Below are positions 1 through 11,773 of a stretch of DNA of 64,000 bases, in pieces; the first letter of the stretch is position 1, and the number at the start of each line of letters is the position of its first letter. This DNA comes from Cyanobacteria bacterium J06626_4. Its GTDB lineage: Bacteria; Cyanobacteriota; Cyanobacteriia; Phormidesmidales; Phormidesmidaceae. The stretch covers positions 22,856 through 86,855 of the forward strand of contig JBCBJQ010000015.1 of the NCBI GenBank assembly GCA_038523235.1, in the 5' to 3' direction. The translations under genes and the position numbers were made by a program. Under the pieces are notes generated by a model, which had not been told where the DNA came from, searched no databases, and worked only from the letters and a program-made list of their open reading frames with translations.

Positions 1-534
1 TCAGCACCTGCGCACCCGCCCGTCAGTGCGGAAGCCGGTCATGGCACCGTCTCGGGGATGACCCAAACCTACGAAAAAACGATCACTTCCGCCCCCCAAC
101 TGGTAGACATTTACAGCAGCCGCGGTAATCTGCGGGCAGAACTCGGTGACGCCAACGGCGCAATCGCCGACTTTACCAAAGCTCTGGCGATCGAACCTAA
201 AAAATCTCTGATCTATAACAGTCGCGGGTTTCTACGACTCCAAGCCGGGCAGTTTGAACTGGCCATCCAAGACTTCGATGCCGCGCTACAGCATGACCCC
301 ACCTATGCCGAAGCCTATAACAATCGGGGCAATGCTCACTATCAACTCGGTGATGCAGCCCTGGCACTGCGAGACTTTACCCAAGCCCTAGAACTCAATC
401 CCAATCTCACCGAAGCCTACATTAGCCGTGCCCAAGCTCGCACCACCATGAATGATGCCGAAGGAGCGTTAAACGATTATCAACGAGCGATGCGCTTGCG
501 CGAGCAGCACTGCGGCAGTTCTTTAACGCCCTGA
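1..534 (+). CDS. Tetratricopeptide repeat protein (probably 5'-truncated by the window edge)
   Basis: Tandem TPR units (YSSRG..A..DFTKAL..P; AYNNRGNAHYQLGD..AL.DFTQAL.LNP). Frame is open from position 1 to the ATG at 58. Confidence 0.85.
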   Translation, partial: SAPAHPPVSAEAGHGTVSGMTQTYEKTITSAPQLVDIYSSRGNLRAELGDANGAIADFTKALAIEPKKSLIYNSRGFLRLQAGQFELAIQDFDAALQHDPTYAEAYNNRGNAHYQLGDAALALRDFTQALELNPNLTEAYISRAQARTTMNDAEGALNDYQRAMRLREQHCGSSLTP

Positions 535-575
535 TGCGGTCTCGCCATTGTGGGCAAGTCTAATTCAGATACGTG

Positions 576-1409
576 CTAACTGGGTTCCTCTTCGTCGGGC
601 CAGATTTCTTCTGAGTCCACATCAATGGTGTTTCCGGGCACCTGTTTCCGGCGCTCGGCTGGGGACTGCAAATTGGAGGCAGCATCGGCAAAGCGATCAT
701 TTACCTGCGATCGCAACTTGCGGCTACGCTGCTTAACCTGACCAAACACCTGACCAAACTGCGATCGCGCCTGCTCCGTCATCTTTTTCGCTTGCGCCTG
801 CACCTGGTCAGCCACTTCACGGGTGCTATCCACCACTTCCCGCACGTCTTGACGAGTCTGCGCCGCATCTTGCTGCAGGGCATCCACCAAGCGATCTTGT
901 ACACCAGGTACAAACTGCGGAGCCTCAGACAGCGCCGTTTGATGCACCATCATCCGCTTTTTGCCCATGCTCACCACGGCCTCAGGCTGAAACGTATAGA
1001 GGCCGTCGGTCAAGCCTTGCCAGCCCGGCGCAGTAAAGAGGTATTGCTGGATAGCACCAGTCGGCAAATCGAGGCAATAATCGGTGAGTTGACCGACGCG
1101 ATCGCCAGAATCAGCCCAAACCTCTTGCTTTTCTAGCGTCACAGCTTCATCAAGCCGTTCTGAAATGACCTGGGTACTGCGACGGACCAAGATGCTGTCT
1201 TGACCGATGGATTCAACCTGCACCCACATCACTGGCGTGGTCTCTAACCCCAGCAGACCTTTTTTGCACAAGAAGCCTTCGAGCTGATGATTTTTGACGT
1301 CTACTAAAAATTGAGCCAGATACCCCAGTTCTTCAGTCGTTTCGATGTCAATTACTAACCGATTATGCAGTTGGCTTTGCCGAATCGGCGTCTGGTCAGC
1401 CTCAGCCAT
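576..1409 (-). CDS. PRC-barrel domain protein with coiled-coil C-terminus
   Basis: Two PRC-barrel-like repeats (LVIDIETTEELG..FLVD; EVWADSGDRVGQLTDYCLD) and a Q/A-rich helical tail. ATG at 1409 preferred over the track start at 1421. Confidence 0.75.
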   Translation of the reverse strand: MAEADQTPIRQSQLHNRLVIDIETTEELGYLAQFLVDVKNHQLEGFLCKKGLLGLETTPVMWVQVESIGQDSILVRRSTQVISERLDEAVTLEKQEVWADSGDRVGQLTDYCLDLPTGAIQQYLFTAPGWQGLTDGLYTFQPEAVVSMGKKRMMVHQTALSEAPQFVPGVQDRLVDALQQDAAQTRQDVREVVDSTREVADQVQAQAKKMTEQARSQFGQVFGQVKQRSRKLRSQVNDRFADAASNLQSPAERRKQVPGNTIDVDSEEIWPDEEEPS

Positions 1410-1509
1410 AGCAGACTCCAAAGTACGTATTCCTTATCCTAGTTTAGAGGTACGCTGCAGGCGGCAATGGGGAGTAGAGAGTTGGGGGTGAAGAGTCTAT
1501 AGGAGAGAC

Positions 1510-1701
1510 CGGGCGTCATTCCCATTCTCAAGGCTCGGACTCCCGATGCCATCTTGGCAAAGCCGGGGAGCCGAAGGACAGGGGAGCCTGATTTGTCGTC
1601 TGGTTTCGGAGCATCGGTATACCCCTGAGCAGCTTCGGGTGCCCTGCCCGGCTTACCAAGTTATGGTCACGGTAGTCCTGCATTTGCTGTGACGACGCCC
1701 C
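1510..1701 (+). ncRNA. ssrS: 6S RNA (cyanobacterial SsaA/SsrS)
   Basis: About 190-nt rod-like fold with internal loops: GGGCGTC/GACGCCC, GGACT/AGTCC, CCAT/ATGG, CTTGG/CCAAG, AAGCCGGG/CCCGGCTT, CCGAAG/CTTCGG, CAGGGG/CCCCTG. The sequence CTTGGCAAAGCCGGGGAGC..GAGCAGCTTCGGGTGCCCTGCCCGG matches my recollection of cyanobacterial 6S. Strand chosen from apical G-U pairs. Confidence 0.8.
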
Positions 1702-1712
1702 CCTTGCAACAT

Positions 1713-2663
1713 CTACGCGATGCCGTCAGTGCCGGCCCCGCAAATCAGCGCACAGACTTGGGCATCGGGTGGTGGCTGATAAGCACCTGACTGCAGCGCC
1801 GCGATCGTTGCCGCCCCGCTCAGCTCAGCGGCGATCCCCATCTCAAACCAGAGCCAGCGAGCTGCAGCCAGCATTTGCTCGTCAGTCACCAGCACGATGT
1901 CATCAACGCAGCGGCGAATGATGTCGAAGTTGACCGATGCCGTTTGACGCGGTGCCAGCGTGTTAGCTTTTGTGTTGACGGTAGGCAGTTCCACAACTTT
2001 GCCTGCCGCCAAACTCGCCTGCAACGTTGGGGCACCGGTCGCCTCTACCCCAATGATTTTGAGATCGGGTCGAAGCGCTTTAGCCGCGAAGCTGATGTCA
2101 CTAATCAAACCACCGCCCCCGATCGCCACCAGCAGCGTATCCACGACGGGCAAATCTTCTAAAACTTCTAGCAAGATCGTCCCTTGGCCTGCCATCACCC
2201 ACGGATCGGCAAACGGATGCAAATAGGGCATTTGGGCTTGATCAGCATGAATCAGGGCCGCCCAATTAGCCTCGTCCCACGCAGCGCCTTCGCGAATGAC
2301 GGTGGCCCCCCACTGATGCAATTTTTCCGCTTTGACAGGTGGGGTGTTGTGGGGCAGATAAATGGTGGCCGGGACTTTAGCCATCCACGCGGCATAGGCA
2401 ACGGCGAGGCCATGATTGCCCCCAGAGGCTGTAATCACCCCTGACCGTAACGAATCTGGCGGTATCGATAGAAGTTTGTTGACGGCACCCCGCACCTTAA
2501 AGGAGCCGGTCACCTGCAGGCAATCGAGCTTTAGCCACAGGTCATCACAGCCGACAATAGGCTGCTGCAGAGCGATCGCGGGAACCACAGGGGTACGGCG
2601 CACGTAGGGGGTAATCTGCGATCGCGCCGCCTCCATCATGTCCAGTGAGAGAGCAGGACGCAT
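1713..2663 (-). CDS. PLP-dependent threonine/serine dehydratase family protein (no ACT domain)
   Basis: LQVTGSFKVRGA PLP lysine motif, SGGNHG, HPF, GQGT, GGGGL loop. Confidence 0.88.
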   Translation of the reverse strand: MRPALSLDMMEAARSQITPYVRRTPVVPAIALQQPIVGCDDLWLKLDCLQVTGSFKVRGAVNKLLSIPPDSLRSGVITASGGNHGLAVAYAAWMAKVPATIYLPHNTPPVKAEKLHQWGATVIREGAAWDEANWAALIHADQAQMPYLHPFADPWVMAGQGTILLEVLEDLPVVDTLLVAIGGGGLISDISFAAKALRPDLKIIGVEATGAPTLQASLAAGKVVELPTVNTKANTLAPRQTASVNFDIIRRCVDDIVLVTDEQMLAAARWLWFEMGIAAELSGAATIAALQSGAYQPPPDAQVCALICGAGTDGIA

Positions 2664-2799
2664 ATTTCAACCGTTAGCAACTTGGGATCTAAACAGAGCA
2701 ACAGAACATCCTGTGCAAAGCGCATTGAACACCGGGGCTGGCCAGGCTTCAACTTTAAGCAAGCGATTTCATTCCAGCCTGTGATTTGAACATAGCGTT

Positions 2800-4455
<1,656 letters not shown>

Positions 4456-4676
4456 TCAGTTCCAAAGCCTGACTGCGATCGCCGCCTAACTCTCATCAGG
4501 CGGCACGGGGCGATCGCCACTACCCGCTGCAATTTAACCCATTAATTCTGCCATAGGCGCTGAGCTTCCGCCGTCTCTTTTGAGGCGGCTCATGCCCCCA
4601 ATGCGGCAATCAAGCCCGGCGTGAGGTCAAGTTACGTTGGGTCAGACATCGCCCACCCAGCCACCAGTTCACCGCC

Positions 4677-7600
4677 TCACACCTCAAAGGGGCGGTTAGC
4701 GCGCAGCAGTTGCTCTGCTTGGGCAGCGGGAACTGCCGGGGCAAAGAGAAATCCCTGACCATATTCACACTGCAGCGATCGCAGCCAAGTCAGCTGTTGC
4801 GGCGTTTCGATGCCCTCGGCGATCGCGTTGAAACCCAGCAAGTTGCTGAGGCCGACAATCGACTCCGCGATCGTTTGGTTTCTCAAATTGGGCTGTGACG
4901 GACTAACAAAGGAGCGATCGATCTTAAGCGCGTTGACCGGCAGCTGATGCAGATAGCTCAGCGAAGAATAGCCGGTGCCAAAGTCATCAATACTAATGGT
5001 CACCCCTATCGCCTGCAGCTGATGCAGCATGTCGCTCGTCGTTTCAATGTTTTCCACCAGCAGACTTTCGGTGAGCTCTAGCGCCAAAGTTTGGGGCTTG
5101 ATCTGAGTCACCGCTAACACCTGCTTCAGCTGAGGCAACAACATCGAGGGGTGCAGTTGCTTCACTGAGAGATTAACCGATAGGCACAGACCCGCAGCCG
5201 GAGCAATCTGAGCCTGCCACTCACTCACCTGTTGGCAGGCAGTCAATAACATCCATTCGCCTAAAGGTGGCATGAGATTAGACTCTTCGGCCACATGAAT
5301 GAAGCGGTCAGGCATCAGCAACCCGCGAGTCGGATGCCGCCATCGGAGCAGAGCTTCAAAGCCCACAATTTTCAGAGTTTCTAACGCCACCACCGGTTGA
5401 TAAAACAAGACAAACTCTTGTTTCTTCAAAGCTCGGCGCAGATCATTTTCGAGCTGGAGACGATCGCGCACCTGAGCATGCATCGCCGGGTCAAAAATGG
5501 CATAGCCGTCACGACCAGTCGCTTTGGCCCGATACATCGCAATGTCAGCATTGCGAATCACCGTCTCAGGCTGCTGATAGTCATCCCCCCCCAGCACAAT
5601 GCCAATACTGGCGCTCATAAAGATCTGCTGTCCTTGAATCTCTAAGGGCGATTGCAGGTGGGTTAAAACCCTTTCTGCTAGGGCAATGGCTTCGTCGATG
5701 CCCGTGACGTGGTCTAACAAGATGACAAATTCATCACCGCCCAAACGGGCCACCAAGTCACTGGCACGCACCAAGGTGGGTAGCGCCTGGGCGATCGCCA
5801 CCAACAGCTCATCGCCCACGGCGTGACCCAGGCTGTCGTTAATCACCTTAAACCGATCAAAATCGATAAACAGCAGCGCAAACTGAAACGCCGCACTGCC
5901 TTGAGCGCGCGCGATGGCTAGCTCTAAGCGATCGATCAGCAACAGCCGATTAGGCAGCTGGGTTAACGTGTCGTGCAGGGCAATATGGCGCAAGCGTTTC
6001 TCAATCGCTACGCGATCGGTCACCTCCCGTGAGGTCGTTTGAATATGTATTAAGCACCCCACGTCATCTAACACCGGCGTACTCAAAGTCTCTAGCCAAA
6101 TGTAGTGACCTAATTTGTGGTGCATGCGATACACCACTGAAACGGCTTCATCTAACAGCACCGCTTCATGCGCCTGGTTAACGATTTTCAGATCATCGAC
6201 ATGGAAGAAGTCGTAGGGTGAGCGATCGAGCAGCTCTTGCGGCGTATAGCCCAGCAACGTTTCACAGGAAGGGGTGAGATATAAATACCGGCCATCAGGA
6301 TGATGCAAACAGACCAAATCAGTCATGTTTTCCGTCACCAGACGATAGCGGCGTTCGCTCTCAGTCAGGGCAATTTCCGCCCGTTTGCGATCGCTAATAT
6401 TGCGCATCATGGTCAAGACCTCATCTTCACCAATTTGCACCACCCGCACCTCTTCAAACTCTAAACCGCCGTCAATATCAATTTGCTGTTCATAGACCTG
6501 CGGTTCGCCCGTGTTGATCGCTCTCGCCACCGCCTGCCGCCGCAACTGACTCAGGGGGGCCGGCAGCATGTCATATTGGTCGCGGCCAACAGAGCAACCA
6601 TTAAATAAATCCTGGGTATCTCGACCCTGCACCGCACCAAGGCAGGTACCATCGGCTTTCATCCAAACTAAAAGGTCAGGAATCGCCTTCAGCAATCGCT
6701 CTTTCACCGCTTCACTCTGGCGCAGCGAGACTTCCATCTGTTTGCGCTCAGTAATGTCGAGCATAATGCCCAGCATCCGCACGGGGGTACCCTGTTCATC
6801 CTGTTGACAATGCCCGCGATCGAGCACCCAGCGCAGGCTGCCATCCAGGCGTATCAGACGATATTCTGCTTCATATTCCGACCGATTGCACAGCGCTCTC
6901 ATCATCGCCTGATCGACCCGGACGACGTCATCGGGGTGCACGGCCTGATGCCACAGCTCCGGAGTGGGGTCAATTTCGCCCGGCTCATAGCCTAACAGTC
7001 GAAAGTGGTGCTCATTCCACCGCACGCGATCGCTATCAATGTGCCAATCCCAAGTGGCAAATTGGGCGAGATCGAGCGAGAGGCGTAACTGCGTTTCACT
7101 GATAACCAACGACTGCTCCGCGCGTTTGCGGGCAGTGATATTAGTGGATGAGCCCACCAGATAGCGACGCTCGCCCGCCGCATCCACCATCACCTGGCCC
7201 ACGGTCAACATCCACAAGTTAGTTTGATCCGGCAACCGGATACGATGCTCAAGCCTCATTTCCCTCAGCGTTTCGAGGGCAGTTTGCCGCATCGCCCGCG
7301 CCCGCGCAATATCATCAGCGGCGACATGTCGCTCAAAAACGTGGGCCATTGAGGTTTGCCAAGACCCTGGCTGCCAGCCCGTCGCCGTATATTTGCCAAA
7401 GCACCGCATCTTGCCCGTCATCAGATCTTCTTGCCAGTAGATGGTTTCGGCTACCGACATCGCTCGCTGCAGCCAGGCATCGTTGGCCCTCTCAGCAGTT
7501 GCAGCCAGCTCAGCAGGCTCAGCAGGACGCCTGGTCAGTATAGGCAGACCGTAACTCAGCAAGGCGATCGCCATTCCCCCTAAATCGAGCAACACCAGTG

Positions 7601-7790
7601 GCAGCCAGCCTCGACTCAACAACAAACAGCTGCCAGTCGGCCCCATGGCTAGCCCGAGCATTACCAGCGAGCGCTCATCCCCCTCAACCATGGCTAGCCA
7701 CTGACTGATAGCGTCAGGCAGCGCTAACCCTTCTCCTCCCCCACCCGCTAGCAGCAGCCATAACGGGTAAATCACACATACATAATTCAT
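4677..7790 (-). CDS. Multi-PAS diguanylate cyclase/phosphodiesterase (PAS/PAC x3-4, GGDEF, EAL)
   Basis: PAS/PAC repeats, HDTLTQLPNR, intact RLGGDEF, FEALLRW and DDFGTGYSSL. True start uncertain. Confidence 0.93.
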   Translation of the reverse strand: MNYVCVIYPLWLLLAGGGGEGLALPDAISQWLAMVEGDERSLVMLGLAMGPTGSCLLLSRGWLPLVLLDLGGMAIALLSYGLPILTRRPAEPAELAATAERANDAWLQRAMSVAETIYWQEDLMTGKMRCFGKYTATGWQPGSWQTSMAHVFERHVAADDIARARAMRQTALETLREMRLEHRIRLPDQTNLWMLTVGQVMVDAAGERRYLVGSSTNITARKRAEQSLVISETQLRLSLDLAQFATWDWHIDSDRVRWNEHHFRLLGYEPGEIDPTPELWHQAVHPDDVVRVDQAMMRALCNRSEYEAEYRLIRLDGSLRWVLDRGHCQQDEQGTPVRMLGIMLDITERKQMEVSLRQSEAVKERLLKAIPDLLVWMKADGTCLGAVQGRDTQDLFNGCSVGRDQYDMLPAPLSQLRRQAVARAINTGEPQVYEQQIDIDGGLEFEEVRVVQIGEDEVLTMMRNISDRKRAEIALTESERRYRLVTENMTDLVCLHHPDGRYLYLTPSCETLLGYTPQELLDRSPYDFFHVDDLKIVNQAHEAVLLDEAVSVVYRMHHKLGHYIWLETLSTPVLDDVGCLIHIQTTSREVTDRVAIEKRLRHIALHDTLTQLPNRLLLIDRLELAIARAQGSAAFQFALLFIDFDRFKVINDSLGHAVGDELLVAIAQALPTLVRASDLVARLGGDEFVILLDHVTGIDEAIALAERVLTHLQSPLEIQGQQIFMSASIGIVLGGDDYQQPETVIRNADIAMYRAKATGRDGYAIFDPAMHAQVRDRLQLENDLRRALKKQEFVLFYQPVVALETLKIVGFEALLRWRHPTRGLLMPDRFIHVAEESNLMPPLGEWMLLTACQQVSEWQAQIAPAAGLCLSVNLSVKQLHPSMLLPQLKQVLAVTQIKPQTLALELTESLLVENIETTSDMLHQLQAIGVTISIDDFGTGYSSLSYLHQLPVNALKIDRSFVSPSQPNLRNQTIAESIVGLSNLLGFNAIAEGIETPQQLTWLRSLQCEYGQGFLFAPAVPAAQAEQLLRANRPFEV

Positions 7791-7880
7791 ACGCTGATCA
7801 AGAGATGCCTTAGAGACATTCGCGGCAAAGATCGACCCAACGATTAAGCCTTAAAACCAGATGCACATTAAAGGCCAAAA

Positions 7881-8000
7881 TTCACACTTTAGAATTTCCA
7901 ATCGCAAGTTACAGACAAAAATCAATCTCCAAATAGCTAAATCTTTATTAACGACCTAAGTTCGCACCTTAGAATTCTCAGTCGCAAGTTACAGGCAAAA
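7881..8000. repeat. Imperfect 40-bp direct repeat with 80-bp period
   Basis: 7881-7920 TTCACACTTTAGAATTTCCAATCGCAAGTTACAGACAAAA versus 7961-8000 TTCGCACCTTAGAATTCTCAGTCGCAAGTTACAGGCAAAA, 34/40 identical. Confidence 0.85.
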
Positions 8001-8719
8001 CATGGACTGAGTTCATGCTTGTCTGTGGATCCCAACGCCTGGGTCAGGGCATTGTGATCTGAGAGCACTGCTTGAGCCATCTGACTCAAATACAGAGAAA
8101 CGCAGACAGTTTCATAAGTAAACGCGATGTTTTCTCTAAGGTTCACCAACCATCATTTATCCCAACCCGTTCCAAAATTTCACCAGAAAATCTCAAATAT
8201 TGGGAAAAATGTACAAAATCAAGTATTTTTATTGTTGCGTAATTACCCAAAAAAGAGGTGTGATTTCTAAGAAATAGCAACACTTTTCATAGAAATATCC
8301 CAAAACTCAATAGTGGCCATTGACGAAAAACAATGTCGGACACGTTTCCCTGTTAACAGCAGCTTCCACCTCTATTGATGCCCAATCGCAAAGGTTAAGC
8401 ATCAATCAAAAGACCAGACATTGAAAAAATTCAATAGCGGATTTTTCTTTTCAGAGTATGAAAATACTGGTACTTGCGTTTTTGTACAATTCCCAGTACT
8501 AAACATCAATTACAAAAATCAGCTATTGACACAAGCCAATATTAGGATTTGTCCTTTGATATAAAAAATACCCATACTTTTACTGATTCGTGATCGCCAG
8601 AAGAGCCACTCTCATCGTCAGAAAATTAATCCGCTTCATTTCAATGTGACGACGCCAGGGTCGCCCTAGCCGTCGTGGGAAACCGTAGACTAACTAACAG
8701 CCGCTGCATCGAGCCCGCA

Positions 8720-10483
8720 ATGAACAAACCCCAACTTTTTGGCCTAGGTATCGGTACCCTCAGTAGCCTCATGATCACGCCCGCCGCGATCGCGGACAGC
8801 CCGCTGTTTCTGGCCTATCCCCCAATTGAGCATCAGACCAGCAGCGATCGCATCTTTTTAATCGGCACCGGTGACCCCAATCAGCCCGTCTTGGTCAATG
8901 GTGCACCGATTGCCTACCGCAGCCCAGCCGGGCACTTTGCGCCGACACTGCCTCTGGCCCTGGGTGAAAACACCTTGACGCTGACTCAAGGAGACGACAG
9001 CATCACCGTCAACGTAACCCGCGTGCCGGGTGTACCGGTCATATCGCCAGAACTGGGCTACGTGGTGGAATCTTTGACCCCCCAGGTGGCCATGACGCGA
9101 CCGGCCGGGGAACTGGTGTGCTTTAGCGCGATCGCTCTACCAGACGCTGACATTGCCGTCACCTGGGGCGGCGACACGATTGATCTCGCCCCTGTTGGTG
9201 AGGCGGTAACCCTGCCCCCCAACTCAGCCGTGCTCACCGCTGACAATCAGCCCATTGCCCTCACGACAACCGCCTACGAAGGCTGCACGGTGATGCCCGC
9301 CACTGGCCCTGGCGGCCCTCCGACCTACACATTGGCTATTAATGGCGACGTGATCACCCAAACCCTGCCCGTCACCCTCTCTCGTCAGCCCCTGATGCCC
9401 TTTAGCGTCGCCACTGTGACTGCCGAGTCGGGGGTCGCCCGCACTGGCCCCAGCACCAGCTACTCTCGCATTACGCCGTTGCCTCAAGGCACCCGCGCCA
9501 CCGTCACCGGCACCGAGGGCGACTGGCTCCGCCTCGACTACGGCGGCTGGATTCGCACCACCGAAACCCGCGTTGACACCACTGCCGCACCCGCCAAATC
9601 CATCATCCGCAGCGTCACCTCCGAGCAAATTCCAGGCTGGACGGAGGTGCGCTTTCCGCTGCAGGCGCCCGTCCCTATAAGCATTGACCAAACCGCCGAC
9701 ACGCTGACGCTGACGCTGCACAACACTACCCCGCAAACCGACACGATCTACTTCGATGCCGACCCGGTGGTAGAACGCCTGGACTGGCAGCCGGTCTTGC
9801 CCGATCGCGCCCAATATCGCTTTCAGTTTCGGGGGCAGCAGTGGGGATACAAAACCCGCTACGAAGGCACCACGCTGGTGCTCTCGCTCAAACATGCGCC
9901 GGCACTAGCGGATAATTCTCTAGCAGGCAGCGTCATTTTGCTCGATCCTGGTCACGGCAGCGAGAACGACCTTGGCGCCCGCGGCCCCACCGGCTATCCC
10001 GAAAAGGATGTGAATCTGGTGGTCTCAAAGCTGCTGCGCGACGAGCTAGAAGCGCGCGGGGCCACCGTTGTCATGACGCGCGAGGGTGATGATGATCTAT
10101 TCCCCCGTGATCGCGTTGACATCATCAACCAGGTGGAGCCGACTCTGGCCCTTAGCGTTCACTACAATGCGCTACCCGATGCCGGTGATGCCCTCAACAC
10201 CGCTGGCGTCGGCATGTTTTGGTACAACGCCCAGGCCCACGACCTCTCGGAGTTTCTGCACGACTATCTCGTCCGCGAGCTTGATCGCCCATCCTACGGC
10301 GTGTATTGGAACAATCTCGCCCTCACCCGCCCCACCGTCGCCCCTTCAGTGCTGCTAGAGCTGGGCTTCATGATCAACCCCGATGAATTTGAGTGGATCG
10401 TCGATCCCGACGCTCAGGCAGAGCTGGCTGCCGGGCTCGCTGATGCGATCGCCCTCTGGCTGCAACAAGCGGCTAACGAGTAA
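8720..10483 (+). CDS. N-acetylmuramoyl-L-alanine amidase (signal peptide, SH3-like and AMIN-like domains, Amidase_3)
   Basis: LLDPGHG, EKDVNL, LSVHYNA, VLLELGFM zinc-amidase motifs. Signal peptide follows the ATG at 8720. Confidence 0.92.
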   Translation: MNKPQLFGLGIGTLSSLMITPAAIADSPLFLAYPPIEHQTSSDRIFLIGTGDPNQPVLVNGAPIAYRSPAGHFAPTLPLALGENTLTLTQGDDSITVNVTRVPGVPVISPELGYVVESLTPQVAMTRPAGELVCFSAIALPDADIAVTWGGDTIDLAPVGEAVTLPPNSAVLTADNQPIALTTTAYEGCTVMPATGPGGPPTYTLAINGDVITQTLPVTLSRQPLMPFSVATVTAESGVARTGPSTSYSRITPLPQGTRATVTGTEGDWLRLDYGGWIRTTETRVDTTAAPAKSIIRSVTSEQIPGWTEVRFPLQAPVPISIDQTADTLTLTLHNTTPQTDTIYFDADPVVERLDWQPVLPDRAQYRFQFRGQQWGYKTRYEGTTLVLSLKHAPALADNSLAGSVILLDPGHGSENDLGARGPTGYPEKDVNLVVSKLLRDELEARGATVVMTREGDDDLFPRDRVDIINQVEPTLALSVHYNALPDAGDALNTAGVGMFWYNAQAHDLSEFLHDYLVRELDRPSYGVYWNNLALTRPTVAPSVLLELGFMINPDEFEWIVDPDAQAELAAGLADAIALWLQQAANE

Positions 10484-10577
10484 TGAGGCATTAGCAAAAG
10501 TTGGGATTGGTTGAAAAATTAGCCCTGCCTCATGATCGGAGTTTAGCCGTGCCAAACTCCGATCATGAGGCAGGGCC

Positions 10578-10886
10578 CTAACGCTCTGACTCACGGGTGA
10601 GATTTTCTGGATGACTGCCTAAACAATTACGTCTTTTGATCTGCCAGCAGCGCTCAATCAACCAGCGCGGATCTTCTTCTAACGGCGATCGCACGCACAG
10701 GTTGGGATGGTTATTGACAAACTCTTGGTAGCAAGTTTGCCAACACTGCTCTAAAAAGGCATTATTCAAACAGCGCTGGGCATGACGATGACAACAATGC
10801 TGCCAATACTGCCAGGGGTTTAAGACCGCTGGGCGATCGCGATCCCAAAGGGGCTGATTGAGATATGACCAGAGGGGAAAACGCAT
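10578..10886 (-). CDS. Small Cys/Trp-rich hypothetical protein
   Basis: FPLWSYLNQPLW N-terminus resembles small conserved cyanobacterial proteins. Repeated LEQCW/IERCW. Confidence 0.6.
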   Translation of the reverse strand: MRFPLWSYLNQPLWDRDRPAVLNPWQYWQHCCHRHAQRCLNNAFLEQCWQTCYQEFVNNHPNLCVRSPLEEDPRWLIERCWQIKRRNCLGSHPENLTRESER

Positions 10887-10998
10887 GATGACACCATCGG
10901 TATAGCGCTAATGCACGGGTTGGCAGAATGCGGATGCACTTGTCAGTCAAGCCGATTTCAGTGTGGCAGACAACTATCCATTTAAAGGAAAACTTCAG

Positions 10999-11667
10999 CT
11001 ATTCTGCATCTTTGCAAAACTCTAGCAAGAGCTGACAGCTGTTGACGTAACTCACGATGCCTATCACCAAATCGTCGCTGAGCCAGACACTTTTTGGCAA
11101 GGCCGTTTTGGTCACAAAGCTTTTCAGTTTTAGGTAATCGGCATATTCATGCTCGGCATGCTCTTTATAGCCCTGAGGCATCGATTTCAGCTTTTCATCC
11201 TCACTGAGCAATAATCCAGCTGCATCAAGAGCCGCAAGAACCTGAGCAAATTGCTGGGGTGCCTCAAGGATGCGATCGCGGATAGGGCCAAGTTCAGCCG
11301 CCTTGAGTTTGTAAAATCCACAGGCCATCATGCCACCCGTAGTGTCGAGATGAAGATAAAAGACCCCCTCTTTTTCGGACTTTGTGCCCGAGGGCGTGAG
11401 CAAACCGCTCACGTGAGTGCTGTAGGGGGATTTATCTTGGGAAAATCGGATATCGCGATGCTGGCGAAACATCGTTTTCGCGCCCCCAGCCAGCGGCATT
11501 GCAGTGTCTGCCAGCTGCTCTGAAGCCAATTCCAGGACGCGAGCAAACGGGTGGCGCAGAGAGTTCTCAAAGTCTTGCTTGTGCTCGGTATACCAGGCTT
11601 TGTCGTTGTTGTCCGCCAAGCCTTGCAGCAGCTCAAAAGATTTTTGGGTGAAGGGGTAATCGCTCAT
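10999..11667 (-). CDS. DUF2461 (TIGR02453) family protein
   Basis: L..NNDKAWY..HK, MFRQHRDIRFSQDKSPY, LKSMPQGY, YLKLKSF. Confidence 0.88.
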   Translation of the reverse strand: MSDYPFTQKSFELLQGLADNNDKAWYTEHKQDFENSLRHPFARVLELASEQLADTAMPLAGGAKTMFRQHRDIRFSQDKSPYSTHVSGLLTPSGTKSEKEGVFYLHLDTTGGMMACGFYKLKAAELGPIRDRILEAPQQFAQVLAALDAAGLLLSEDEKLKSMPQGYKEHAEHEYADYLKLKSFVTKTALPKSVWLSDDLVIGIVSYVNSCQLLLEFCKDAE

Positions 11668-11773
11668 GGTGTCTTCTCAAATTCCATCTCTAAAGGGTTC
11701 AATCACATTTCTCTACCGTGGGCTCCAGCCTGCGGAGAGATCGCAAAGTGCGTCAACATTCAGCCGGTCACGC

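Noticed and set aside
7881..8000. CRISPR array call for the 40-bp repeat pair
   Set aside because: Only two divergent copies, no clear repeat palindrome and no cas genes. Kept as a direct repeat.
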